From Isurus oxyrinchus (Eukaryota), in assembly GCA_026770705.1 (NCBI GenBank), contig JANJGN010000034.1:4402001-4466000 (forward strand): a stretch of DNA of 64,000 bases, written 5' to 3'. Of the stretch, positions 51,896 through 64,000 are shown piece after piece; position 1 is the stretch's first letter, and every line of letters starts with the position of its first letter. A program made the translations under genes and the position numbers. Below the pieces are notes generated by a model. That model saw nothing but the letters and a program-made list of their open reading frames with translations. It was not told the origin of the DNA and did no database searches.

Positions 51896-54800
51896 GTATG
51901 TTTGCAATTATTCCTTCATAACTGCAATACAAATCGAGGTTGTTGCATTTTTTCCGAAGGTTGTTCAACAATCTGCTTTGTACAAGGGCTTCGTGAAATG
52001 ATTTGGCATTTGCACAGTCCTGGTTCATGTTTAGTCTGACCAAGTGATAAGCGTCAACATGGGAGCTGAATGCTGAACACCAGCTACTTTGGATTTTAAC
52101 CTCAGATGAGATTCTGGTGCCGTAGTAAATGTGTTATTCACTTCTGCGTGCGCCAAATGACTTTTAAACATTGAAGGCTGTTGCTTTGGTGTCATTTGGG
52201 GCGCAAGAAATTCAACAATATCCAACAAGTTAAAATAGTAATGCCTAAATTTACAAAAAACTAGAACTGACTACCTACTTAGTTTACATTGGTTAATAGA
52301 AACCTCTATCAGGAAAGTAGGACTTTCGAAGCTACTGAGCAGCCTATATGCAAGTAAAGGCCCAAACTAACACTTGACAAGGAAAGTTGACAAGTCCTTA
52401 CCAGCAGTATAACACATCTCTGAAATTAGAACAAAAGTAGGTCCTTCTGAGAAAGGACATTTGACATATTTTCACAGTTCCCTGCTGGTTGTGTTTGACG
52501 CAGGAAGGTAGTGTCGGTGTGCTGGAGAGAGTTGAGCGCAACATAATCACCCTATGGCCCTTCAGTTGGCTGTCTCTACCGATGCGATCTGTCTCCAACT
52601 TTGCATGAAAGTGATGCCTGCATTTGGCACAGTTGAGGCCACAACGTCAGTCGTTCCTGCATAGATTCAATGGTGAGGATGACTGGATGAGGTCAGGACA
52701 TATGAATGAGGTGACGCTGGAAGGTGGCCATGTTCTTGCAACTAGCGGTAATATGAAGGGGCCCAAAACCCATTAGGGCCTCATTTTTGTATTTGTTGCA
52801 GTAAAGTATCGCATCTCCCCACACACATCCACATACGCAGGCCACATAGGGTCGACACACTGCAGTCCGTTGTTGCAACCTTATATCTTATATAATCCAT
52901 TAAGACACAACACTACCTACCACACCCCCAGATCTCCACTTACATGGGCTTTGAACTTGACACTCACTTGGCCCTGGAGTCCGACCCTAGAATCTGCCTG
53001 TAGTTCCACGCTTGGCCACTGTTTATTCTGGCACTGCTGGCATTAAGGAACTCATGCAAATCTGATAACTCCGACAAGTCACTAAGCCAGGATTTCCGTA
53101 GATTTGGGGCAACTCCTGTCTCCAAACAATTCACGCTGATTAGAGACATGAATGGCAGCGAGGAAATAAGCATTAGCGAGGATGTGGCAGGCCAGGCAGA
53201 CATCCGGAAAAAAAAACTAATGCCTATGGGATTCAATTTCCTCAAGCATTCATGGCTTAATTTTCACTGGGGCCATACCCAATGCCATAACTCCACGATG
53301 TTTTTTAGTGCTTCTCCAATTCTGGCAACTTCTATACCGTGTTGCTTTCTTTATTTTTCATTCATGGGATTTGGGCTTCACTGTGTGGGCTAGACTTTAT
53401 TGCAAATCCGTCGTTATCCGTGAGAAGTTAGTGGTGAGCGTCCTTGTTGCACTACTGAAGTCCATGTGGTGAGCGTACCACACAGTGCCGTTAGGAAGAG
53501 AGAAAAATGGTTTAGACCCAGAAACAGTGAAGAAATGGTTATTTGTTTCCAAGTGAAGATGGCGAGTGACTTGGAGGGGAATTTCCAGGTGATGGTATTC
53601 CAAATTATCTGCTGCCATTGCCCTTCTAGGTGATAGTGGTCGTTAGTTTGGTAGGTGATTCAAAAGCGGCTTTGGCGAATTTCTGCAGTTCTTCATGTGG
53701 ATGGTGCAAATTGCTGCTATAGTGCATCGATGGTCATGGGAGTGAACGTTTGTGGGCGTGGTGCAAATCAAGCGGCTGCTTCGTCCGGAACAGTATAAAT
53801 TTTCCTCAGTGCTAGGGATGCTTCAGTCATACCGCCAAGTGGAGTGAAATAAATCGTACACCGGATATGTGCCTGGCATATGGCGGAGACAATTTGTGGT
53901 CTCCGGAGGTGTTTTTCTCCTCGCAGCATTCCTACGCTGTCACCAACGCTTTTAGTCACAATATCTTTATGATTAGTTCAGTTCAGTTTCTGGTCGATGA
54001 CACCTTTCCGTATGTTGATCTTTTTGGATTCAATGATGTTAATGCTATGGAACCTCAACAGCGATGGTAAGACTAATGTTTGATGAAGATAGTCATTGGC
54101 TGGCACTTGTGTGGGGTGAATGTTGCTTACAACTTTTCAACAGAGGCCTGGAAATTGTCCAAGTCATGCTGCATTTCGATATGGAATGTATCCGTGTCTG
54201 CCGAGTTGAGAATGGTGCTTAGCCATGCGCAATCATCAGTGAGCATCCCCACTTCTGTTCTTTTGATGGAATGAACATCGTTCATGAAGCAGTTGAATAT
54301 GTTTGGGCCGAGGACACTAACCTGACGAACAACTGTAATGATGCCCTGAATCTGATATGGCAGATCTCCAACAACCACAGCCATCTTCCTTTCCTCTTGG
54401 CATTGCTCCAAACAGTGGAGGGCTTTCATTTTGAATACTATTGAGGCCAGTTGTTCAGGGGTTCAAGGATACGACACCCGGTCAAGTGCAGCCGAGATAT
54501 CCAGCACATTCATTCCCAATACATTTCTTAAGTTCAGATTTAGCCAAAGTTTCACCCAAGGCGGTAATGATCTAAGAGTTGCGTAGCCCTGGCATAACAC
54601 AAACTGGCATCACTAAGCAGTTTATTGCTAAGCAAGTGCCACTTTTTAACACTGTTGATGACGTATTCCATCAAATTAATGATAACCGATAGTGTGCCAA
54701 TGGGGTGGGAATTGGTCGCGTTGGATTTGTCACACTTCTTTGCTTAAAACATATTCCTGTGCACTTTTCCTAATTGTCTGCTGGAGGCCAGTTTTGTCAC

Positions 54801-56717
54801 TATACTGGAAAAGTTTTACTAGGTGTGCAACAAGACCAGGATCTCAGGTCTTCATTGCATTACCTTATAGTTGCCAGGGCCAATAACCTTTGCAATATTC
54901 AGTGTCTTGATATTGCATGGAATGAATTTAATCAGCTGAAGACTGGCATCCCTGATAACGGGGAACTATAGAGGGGGCTCAGGTGGATCATCCGTTCTGG
55001 CGCTTCTCTCTAAACATTGTAGCTAATGCTTCATACTTACCTTTTGCTCCGGTGTGCTGGCAAGTTCTCTTCATTGAGAATGGGAACCTTTGTGGATCCT
55101 CCTCTTCCATTGAGCTGTTTAAATGTCAACAATATTCCCGTCTCCATGAGGCAGCGCTTCAAGCCTTGAGTTTGATCAATTGGTTGTGGGACAGCTTAGC
55201 CCTGTCTATCACAAGCTGCTTATGCTATTTGGAATTTAATATTCTCCAGTGTTAGAGCTTCTTGAAGTTGATACCTCAATGATAGTCATGCTCGATGCTG
55301 CTCCTGGCATGCAAACCTACATCTTTTACTGAACCCTTTCTTGATGATAATGGTAGATTGTTGCAATGCTGGGCCAAGGCGTTGCAGATCATTTTCGAGT
55401 GCAATTCTGGTGCTGATAGCACACAGCGCCTCGTGGACATGCCGTCTTGACTTGCTATGTCTAGTCACAATCTAGCCAAATTAGCATTGTGCTAGCGCCA
55501 CAAAATATGACGTCAAGCTTCCTTAAATGTGAACACTTGACTTCGTCTCCACAGGGCCTGTGTGGTAGCAACTTCTATCGAAACTGTCATGGCTAGATGC
55601 ATCTGCGGCCGGTAGGTTTTTGAGGATGAGTTCACGTTTGTTTTTTCCTTTTTTTTGCTTCCCCACATTCTGCTGCAGACCCACTCTACCAGCAATGTCA
55701 TTTAGGAAAGCCCAGCTTGGACATTAGTGACACTACAGAAGTAGAACTTGTTGATGGACATTTAATTTCCCCAGCCAGAGTGCAACCCTGCCTCCCTCAG
55801 TGCTTCCTCCAACTGATGATAAACGTGATTCAGACGTAGTAGTCAGCAGGAGAATTCCTTGCCCATGTTTGACCTGATGCCATGAGACTTCATGAGTATC
55901 AGTGTCCATGTTGAGTATTCCAAGGGCGATTCCCTCCAGACTTTACAACACTGTACCAGTACATCCACTGGTGCACAGGACTTACCCAGCGATGACCATG
56001 GGGGCATTATTTGTAATGAATTAGTACATGAGGAGAAGTCTATCAAACTGTTACACGAGCAGTCTTTGAAACAGCTCTCCTAATTCTGGCACTAGCCCCC
56101 AGTTGTTAGTGAGAGGAGTTTCACGGTAGACTGAGCTAAGATTGTCTTTGTCATTTCAGGCGCCTCAGTCGATGCTTGGTAGTTGTAAGGAATTGTAACG
56201 GACTGACCCACCTGACTGACTTGCTAGACAACCAGGATGTGAACCAGATGACTTTTTTACCGCAACAAACAATATCTCCCTTGTCATCTCTACTTACAAT
56301 TCCAGATTGTTGTTGGATTACACTTTCATCAATTGCCGTGGCGGGAGTCGGACCCTTGTCCCCAAATTAGTAACCTGAGCTTCGGGTTTACTACTCCTTG
56401 GACAACACAGCTAGGCATCGCATCCCCCTCGTTTTGCTGCAGCTATGTTAATTCTGAATTCTTGCCAAAGAGCAATTCACTTTGCCATGTGTATCTCACA
56501 TCCTATGCCAATCCTTAAAATCCATTACTTTGATGTATCATTGGCCATATTTACGAAATAACCTCGAGGCTTAATGGTCAAAATGTTGAATCTCCTTCAA
56601 TGATTGACTGTCACTTTAATGGAATTTAGGAACGCTTCATGCAAAATGCACAGAAAACAAGAAATGTAATACCGTTTGACATGGACGTGCTCATAGTTTA
56701 TTTTTTCATAATTTTAG

Positions 56718-56753
56718 AGCTGAAGATGTATAAAGAAGCTTTGAAAGATTTAG
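56718..56753 (+). CDS. 36-nt phase-1 microexon (ELKMYKEALKDL)
   Basis: ttttttcataattttag|AGCTGAAGATGTATAAAGAAGCTTTGAAAGATTTAG|gtgagc. Confidence 0.85.
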
Positions 56754-57089
56754 GTGAGCAAATTCGTTCTTCCCTTTTGAAACACTTGCAACATTATTGT
56801 GCAGTCCATATCATGTTGACTGTCAATTTAAACTTCGCTCATTTCTCAATTAATCTAAGGAAAAATGAATTGCAATGCCGACCGACCCATGCAACACAAG
56901 CTGCTCAGCAATTTCGCCACAGAGCTTCATGCTGAGGAAACGCGAGCAACAAAATGTTAAGGCGGTGACGGTTCCCAACATTCTCTCAGTTACGACAATG
57001 CTGAGAACTCACAATTGTTCTGCAGGATGGCATTTTCGTCTCCGACATTTGCTGTTGAAACTCATTATCAATAAAATTGGTCCTTGCAG

Positions 57090-57116
57090 GAGAAAAGCTG
57101 AAAGCCAAAGATGACG
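57090..57116 (+). CDS. 27-nt phase-1 microexon (GEKLKAKDD)
   Basis: ggtccttgcag|GAGAAAAGCTGAAAGCCAAAGATGACG|gtatgt. Only phase 1 is open. Confidence 0.85.
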
Positions 57117-60100
57117 GTATGTAGTTTTGAATTTCAATTGCTATAAATGCATTATGACGGGTGCTAGTAAGATAAAAAAAAACAGACGGCGCTAAGTAAT
57201 TCAAACTAGTTGGACCTGTTCACTCATTTGCATTATAATATTGTTCCCCATAAGAGGAGGTAGAAAATAATCTTGCAAGAAAAGCATAAACACGACGACA
57301 CTGACATTTAGCTATTTATAGAAATGCTGATGACCGATGACTTGATGACATTTATGCTGACAATCGAAAAAAATAATGTTATGGGATATTGAAAATCTGA
57401 TTTTGGTTAGATAGTGCACCCTGGGCATGGGAATAAGTGTGTTCCCCCTTTCTCGTGATGCACACTTTTCATCTAATGATGCAAATCCTTGTTCTGAGAC
57501 AACAGTGTTTGTATGCCTCTCAGCAGCCAACATATCGCAGTATTGCACCGTTTCCTTTCTATTCTTTAGCTTGCAATTGCAGGAAGTGGAATTTATTGAA
57601 AACAGCTCATCACTTACTAATATAAACTTTGAACTTTAACATTTGCTTTTGAATTTCAATGTACCCAAATTAGAACGATCGTGATTCTGACACACAAATA
57701 CAATCCAACATGAGGTGTGTTTATCACAATAAAATATTATGCCCGGAATTCAGATGCGTAAAATATTCTCGATATAACTATTGGTAGGGAAGAGCTTTTA
57801 AACATATGGGGTCTCGTATTTTACAGATAGATCAGAAGATTATTTTTCCCTCAGAAGGTTTTGAATTTTCCTAAATGCCGTCCCCAGAGGTCGCGAATGA
57901 GGAGCCATTGTAAAGAGCTGGGAAGGAGTTTTGAACTAATACCGACGGTGCCGACATAACAGCTTTCTCGGCAAAGAAGTGTCAGATTGAAGACAACATG
58001 GGAAAGTGTGAGGTAATGCAATATGGTAGGAAGAATAGAGCGATATATTATTTTATAAATGGGGAGAAAATTCAGACATCTTAATGGCATAGGGACTTGG
58101 GAGTCCTGCTCTATGTGTCTCTTAAGGTTAACTTGCAGGTTGAGGGGGTAGTTAGGAAGGCAAATGCAATGTTGGCATTTATTTCGAGAAGACTAGAATG
58201 TAATAGCAGAGAAGTGCTGCTGAGAGTTATAAGGCTTTGGTTGGACCACAATTAGAATGTTGTCAGCAATTTTGGGCCCCGTATCTCAAAACGTATTTAC
58301 TAACCCTGGAGATGGTCCAGAGGAGGTTCACGAGAATGATCCCAGGAATGAAAGGCTTAACAAATGAGGAACGATTGAGGACTCTGGGTCCATACTCGAT
58401 GGAGATTATAAGGACGAGGGGGGATCTGATTGCTACCTACAGAATACTGAAAGGCCTGGATAGAGTGGACTTGGGGAAGATTTTCCATTTCTAGGGGAGA
58501 AAAGGAACAGAGGGCAGAACATCGGAGGATGGGAAAGTCTTTGCGGAGCAGAGAGGAGTAGAAACTTCTTTTACCAGATGGTGGAGAATCTATGGAATTC
58601 CTTGCCACAGAAGGCTTGAGTGTATTGAAGATGAAGAAAGATATGTCCTTGATTGTTGAAGTCAATCAAAATATATGGGGAGCGGGCGGGAGAATGGGAT
58701 GCAGAAACTTATCAGCCTTGACTGAATGGCAGAACAGAATCGATGGGCCGAATGGCAGAATTTCTGCTGCTATGTCTTATGGTCTTCACATGTTGGAGCA
58801 TTACATTAAGCTTCAGAGATTAGAACAGTTGGATCTGGGCTGGCATTTTATGGTAAAATAAGGGCAATAATGAGAGAATGAAAGCAGAACTAGCTAATCT
58901 GAACCGCTACGTTTTATTAATGGTTACATAAATAAAGATACAGTGGCAGGAGTTTAAGGAGATATTTTAGAATATGCACATTTCAACGAGAATGGACAAT
59001 TGTTGTTTTTTGGAAATCATCTAAAACAATTCATTGCATGTGTTGGAAGAGATAACTAAAGTACTGCACAAAGCGAACAACACATTTGGATTTCCAAAAG
59101 GTATTTGATTAGGTGCCACGTGAAAGCTTATTGCGAGTTATAAACGCTAATGATGTACAGGTTAATGCATTAGTATAGGGCGATGATTGGCAAGCTAATT
59201 AGAAACAGAGGGTTGACATGAGAGGAACTATTTCTGATTGGCAGGTTTCACAGACTGGTTTGCCAGAGGTAAAGAGTTGAGTGACACACAGATCTTTGCT
59301 GTGGTCTCAGGTTTTACAATTTATACAAATGTCATGGATGAAGGGACAAAAAGTACAGAGATTAATTTGCTGATAACACGCAGGTATGTTGGAAAGGAAA
59401 ACGTGAGAATGGCATAAGGAGGCTCAAATTAATATAGATAAGTTATTGATTTGGCAAGATCTGGCTAAAAAAGCATGAAACCTAAAAATATGGAATTGAC
59501 CTTTTGGAAAAAAAATTAAGAAAAGATGCATATCATCTAAATTAAGATACATTGTAATGCTCTGAGTTGCAGTGGGGTCCACGTGTCCAATTGCATGAAT
59601 CGCAAATCTAGTATGAGTGTTCTAAATTTAATTAGAAACCATGCAGAATGTTAGCGTTTATTGCACAGAGAAATGAATACAAAAGTAATGAGTTTATGCT
59701 TCATCTGTGCAAGGCATCTCTGAGACCGCATCTGGGGTAGGGAATGTTTTCTGATTAAAGGTACAATGTAAAAGCATTGGATGCATTTGGGAGAAGGTTT
59801 ACTAGATTCATAGCTGGAATGAAAGTGTAGCCTTATGATGAAATGTTGGAGAGGCTAGCCATGTATCTGGAAGAGCCGAGAAGAGCAGAGTGCGTCTTGT
59901 TTGAACCATTTACAATCCGGGGGTTCTTGATAAGGTGGATGCGGAGACGTTGTTACCTCTATGGAAGGATCTATAACTGGGGTATACTGTTTCAAACTCA
60001 AGTGGTTGCCGACCTACGGTAGAAATGGAAACATTCTTATATTATTTTCTCTCTCAGCCATGAGACTTTTCAGTGAAATATGATGGAAGCAGGCTATTTG

Positions 60101-61727
60101 ATTTTTTTTTGAGGCATAAGATAGATTAGCCATATATTGAAAAGTTATGTTTTGTAGGTGAGAATGTGGAGTTCGAGCTTTCCATCAGTTTGGCCATGAT
60201 CTTATTAAATGGCATAGCCAGTCTGAAGAGCGGCCTGGCCCACTGCTGCTAATAATCCGTATGCTTGTATTAAACTCATCACAAAGTTTGTTCAAGTGGA
60301 GTGAAAGAATGATGCGATTTCCAGAAATTTTGATTCCTTGATTAAGGATGCTTGATGAGATCTGCACCTCCTAACCAGAAAGCAAACACGTCAAGTTGAT
60401 TGTAAAGGGCTCAGTGTAGCACATAGCTGTTACTATGTTCCCAATCCATGTAGGGCATAATTATAATTGAAGAATATCTTGCTGCTTGCAGATGTTGTTT
60501 AAAAAAAAAGAAACATATTGTCTAGCACGGTTTACAACAGAATCGTTCTGTTCAATAATCGGTGTGGAATTTCTGGCTAAATATTAGGAAGATTAGGAAG
60601 ACGCCAAAATTAACTCCTGACCACCTAGAGACAAGCTAATCCCAGAGGAGGAATATCCGGATCACTTTCACCAACTATCAGTGTGCAAGTGAAATGTTTA
60701 TGGTGCCGAAAACGGCGGAGGGGGAGGAAATATGTCACCTATCATCTATGAAATAATACTCGTTTTTTCATCTTCAGGACAGACACATTTTTGCGGAATG
60801 AGCAACACAATGGAAATGCTAAATCATAAGAAATATTAACATTGGCAGGCCATTCAGCAATTTGAGACTGCTATCTTTAAATAAGTTCATTGAGAAAAGT
60901 TTTATCTGCTTAACACAATTTTCCTCCACTGTCTCAGACCACTTGGCTAACTTGAATAATAAAGCTGGTTATAACGGAGCTTAAGTGCATTAATGGCATG
61001 AATTCACCGCTCTTTGTGGAATAATATTTCAAACCTCTCAGAGCGCATATTAACATGAATATATTCCTTAAATATGAATAAATCATCTTTAGCATTTCAA
61101 CAAATATGTGACACGACCTAGGTAGACAGTGGGCGAGTGAAGGCAACTTTTTGTGAAAACATACAGTTCCTCAAGAAAAAGTAACATAGTAAACAGCAAT
61201 GTCTTACAATTCTGCATATTGCAGAACAATCAAGAAAATTAAGGAACAACCAAACGAGCCGTTGCATAAAACAGCACAGGAGGATGCATTTCACAAATCA
61301 GTGCTTTGTAAGGCCTTTTGAAGAACAATCTGATTGACAGAATTATATTTGGGTGAACAAAGGAACACTTCTTGTCTTGGGCGTTGATATAACTTTCCCT
61401 GAAAATTAAACATCCGCTTAAACACATTGCCCTGATTATTTTCAACCATTGCAATAATTGTCTTGGATATTCCTTTGTGCATACTGAAGCCTTCGTTTCC
61501 AACCTCATGAAACTGAAAAGCTTGAAGTCTAACTCTCAGGTTAGATCGAGGTTCCGGACGCTTTGTCCAGAGAATGTCATTACAGAAGCGATTAGCTTGT
61601 TTATTTTTTTCTTTCCTGTCATCTCATTTCATTTTTTTTCTACACTAAATATCTAGACGGTGAAGCATGTATTGGAGAATTTAATCGCAATAAATTTTCC
61701 TGATTTTTTTTTTTTGCTATCACGCAG

Positions 61728-61763
61728 AACTCGATGCATGCAAACAATCTTCAAAGGATCCAG
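61728..61763 (+). CDS. 36-nt phase-1 microexon (ELDACKQSSKDP)
   Basis: ttttttttgctatcacgcag|AACTCGATGCATGCAAACAATCTTCAAAGGATCCAG|gtatga. Confidence 0.8.
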
Positions 61764-63176
61764 GTATGATTGAGATTTATTTGCATTTGTGCATCACACT
61801 CCGTTATTCCATAATTAAACGAAAATAAAGAAACATTTCAGTGTTCACGTGTCTCAAAGTGGGAATAAACAAATAATGTTTTTTTTTCAAAACAGCAGGA
61901 TGTAAGTACAGGGTCACCCATGACTGACATAATGAGCATTAAGTTCCGTGGAGTATGCTGACTATTGATTTTCTCCAAGGGAATATGCGTACAGCAGGAA
62001 AGGTCTATAGTTGTCGCTCATTCCAAATAGCTACTTGGAAGAGAACTGAAAACCTGGTGCAGTGTGTGAAAGAAAATCTAACCGCATTGCACCATATTAG
62101 CGTTTTTTTTCGAGGCGACACACTCTGTTCGAACACAACGTAGGAATGGGATAAGAAAAGGCAAATTATTCTATCAAACTTTCAATAAGATCATGAATGA
62201 GTTCTACTCAGCTACTTGTATCGCTTTAGTTAAGTCAGACTTAAAAACTGGCCATCCATAAAAGAATGATAACATCACTGTCACGACTTTAAATTACTGT
62301 ACAGGGTTCAAGGTTCTGCGCGCTCTGTGACGGACTCTTCCATGGGCCACGTAGACCTACTGAGAAGACTTTCGTTTTTCTCCCTCATATCAACTCAAAA
62401 CGCTTTCGACACAAGCAATTTAATGTTCATCATCCCGACTCGGCCATCAGTGGATTTGTTTTAAGCCTAAGTAAGTGATCAAGCTCTCTTTCACATTTTT
62501 TTGATTCATTCATGGGATGTTGGATTAGCTGGCTCAGCCAGCATTAACTTCCCTTGTTCAGGGGGTAGCTAAGAATAAACAAATTTGCTGTGAGCCTGGA
62601 GTCAAATGTGGACCAAATCAGTTCAAACCAGGCAAGGCCAAATCATCAGTGACATTAGTGAATCAAGTGGATTTCCTCCCTGAAAATCGGCATTGGTTTT
62701 GTGATTATCATCAGGCATGTAATTCCAGACTTTTTTTGAATTCACATTTCACCATCTGCCACAGTGAAATGCGAACCCACGTGTGCAGAGCATTACCCTG
62801 AGTCTCTATAGGACTTGCTCAGTAAAAATACCATTCCATCGCCGCCTCCCTCAAATTTTAATCGGATCATTCATTTTCGTCCTGAATTCAAATGATTTAA
62901 TTTATCATCTTGGAAACATTATCCCCACTGTACCATTTTAAACAAAGCTATCGTTGCAGTGAGTCTTCATTTCCTGTTTTTCAAGACGGCTATATCCTTA
63001 ATTAACAGTGGCGCCCTTCAGTGAAAATAAAATTCAAAACAGGGTTCAACAGTTAATATATCTAACTACAAAATTTATGTGAGAGAGCTCAACTAAACAC
63101 CATGTGCTTTACAAGTCCAAATCTTAATGACAATGTGTGTTGTTTTTTTTTTTCTATTTTGAATGCAATGATACAG

Positions 63177-63203
63177 AACGAAATGATGCTGCAAGAGAAG
63201 AGG
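63177..63203 (+). CDS. 27-nt phase-1 microexon (ERNDAAREE)
   Basis: gcaatgatacag|AACGAAATGATGCTGCAAGAGAAGAGG|gtaatc. Confidence 0.8.
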
Positions 63204-64000
63204 GTAATCGGAGGAGCAATTTTATGTTTATAAGGGCAATATAAATTTATTTTGCTGTACTTTTTTCGGAAAGCTATGAACCAGAAATTCCTTCTAGTGG
63301 AGGCTAATTGGTAGAATGGTTTGTTGTTTTTGCAGCTTTGATTCAGAAGTAAGAGCAACCACTCCTGAGGCAGATGTCCTTCGTTAAAATTGATACCATC
63401 AACTTCGGTTTATAATCCAACATGATAATCCAGTGAAATGTATGATTCGTTTCTGTACCATCTGAAAGAATATTTCTTACAGAATGCCTCTCTTTTTCTT
63501 TCAATTAGAGCGGGAAAACTTTAAAATATAAATAATAATATGTCTTTTGACGCAATATACGACGTACATGTACATGGTTTCCTTCCATGCCTTAATATAA
63601 AACTGCCTGAGGAAAGTAGGCATTTTGGCGCAAATTGATGAATCCCAGTTGTGACTGAATAACACATTCATGAAAAAAGTTGAAAAGGTCTAAGAACAAA
63701 TAGCAATTCTCGGAAATTGGAATAAAACCGACTTCACTTCAAACTGAACCTTAGCATGACTTGGTAGTTCTCCGCGGTGGGATGAAAACAGAATGGTGGG
63801 CGGTGGAACGGCAATTTCCTTTCCCACTTCGCCTCCCCGATCCAACTGCATCCTATTCTAAAACAGGACATTTAAGTCCTAGAATGTGGTAGCAAACCAT
63901 TCGGAAGACCTAAGTGTCCATTGTTATTCCTGCCAACTCCAGTCAGTGCACCTGTGTGCAGAAAATCACCCTCAGAATCTGAGAGTTTGTGTGCAATTGT

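Larger units (their letters stand above)
44852..64000 (+). repeat. Segmental duplication copy 2 (runs off the window end)
   Basis: Same elements in the same order as copy 1: L2+ (44852-45560), Penelope (~47980-50750), L2- (~53345-56200), CR1 (~57950-58790), old CR1 (~58830-60265), SINE- (~62490-62850), and the same exons. Confidence 0.95.

Overview
AT-rich vertebrate genomic DNA, almost certainly from a cartilaginous fish, judged by its shark-type CR1 and L2-like LINEs, Penelope-like elements and a tRNA-headed SINE. The ORF-track ORFs are retroelement debris or noise. Hidden between the repeats on the + strand is a gene segment the ORF track cannot see: at least 19 intact, symmetric phase-1 microexons of exactly 27 nt or 36 nt, each bounded by AG/GT. 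Together they give 576 nt (192 codons) with no stop in phase 1. They tend to occur as 36+27-nt pairs (63 nt = 21 aa = three heptads) with hydrophobic residues at positions 2,5,9,12,16,19, so they appear to form an exon-modular coiled coil. The array grew by nested duplication: a ~1.5-kb tandem unit (11.8-15.1 kb), an old four-exon block copy (38.8-42.5 kb) and a >19-kb segmental duplication (18188-37337 vs 44852-64000). About eight further copies survive as dead exons with mutated splice sites or stops. Neither the start nor the certain end of the gene lies in the window, so its family cannot be named. Splicing is inferred from sequence only. The first residue of each exon peptide assumes the preceding exon ends in G.
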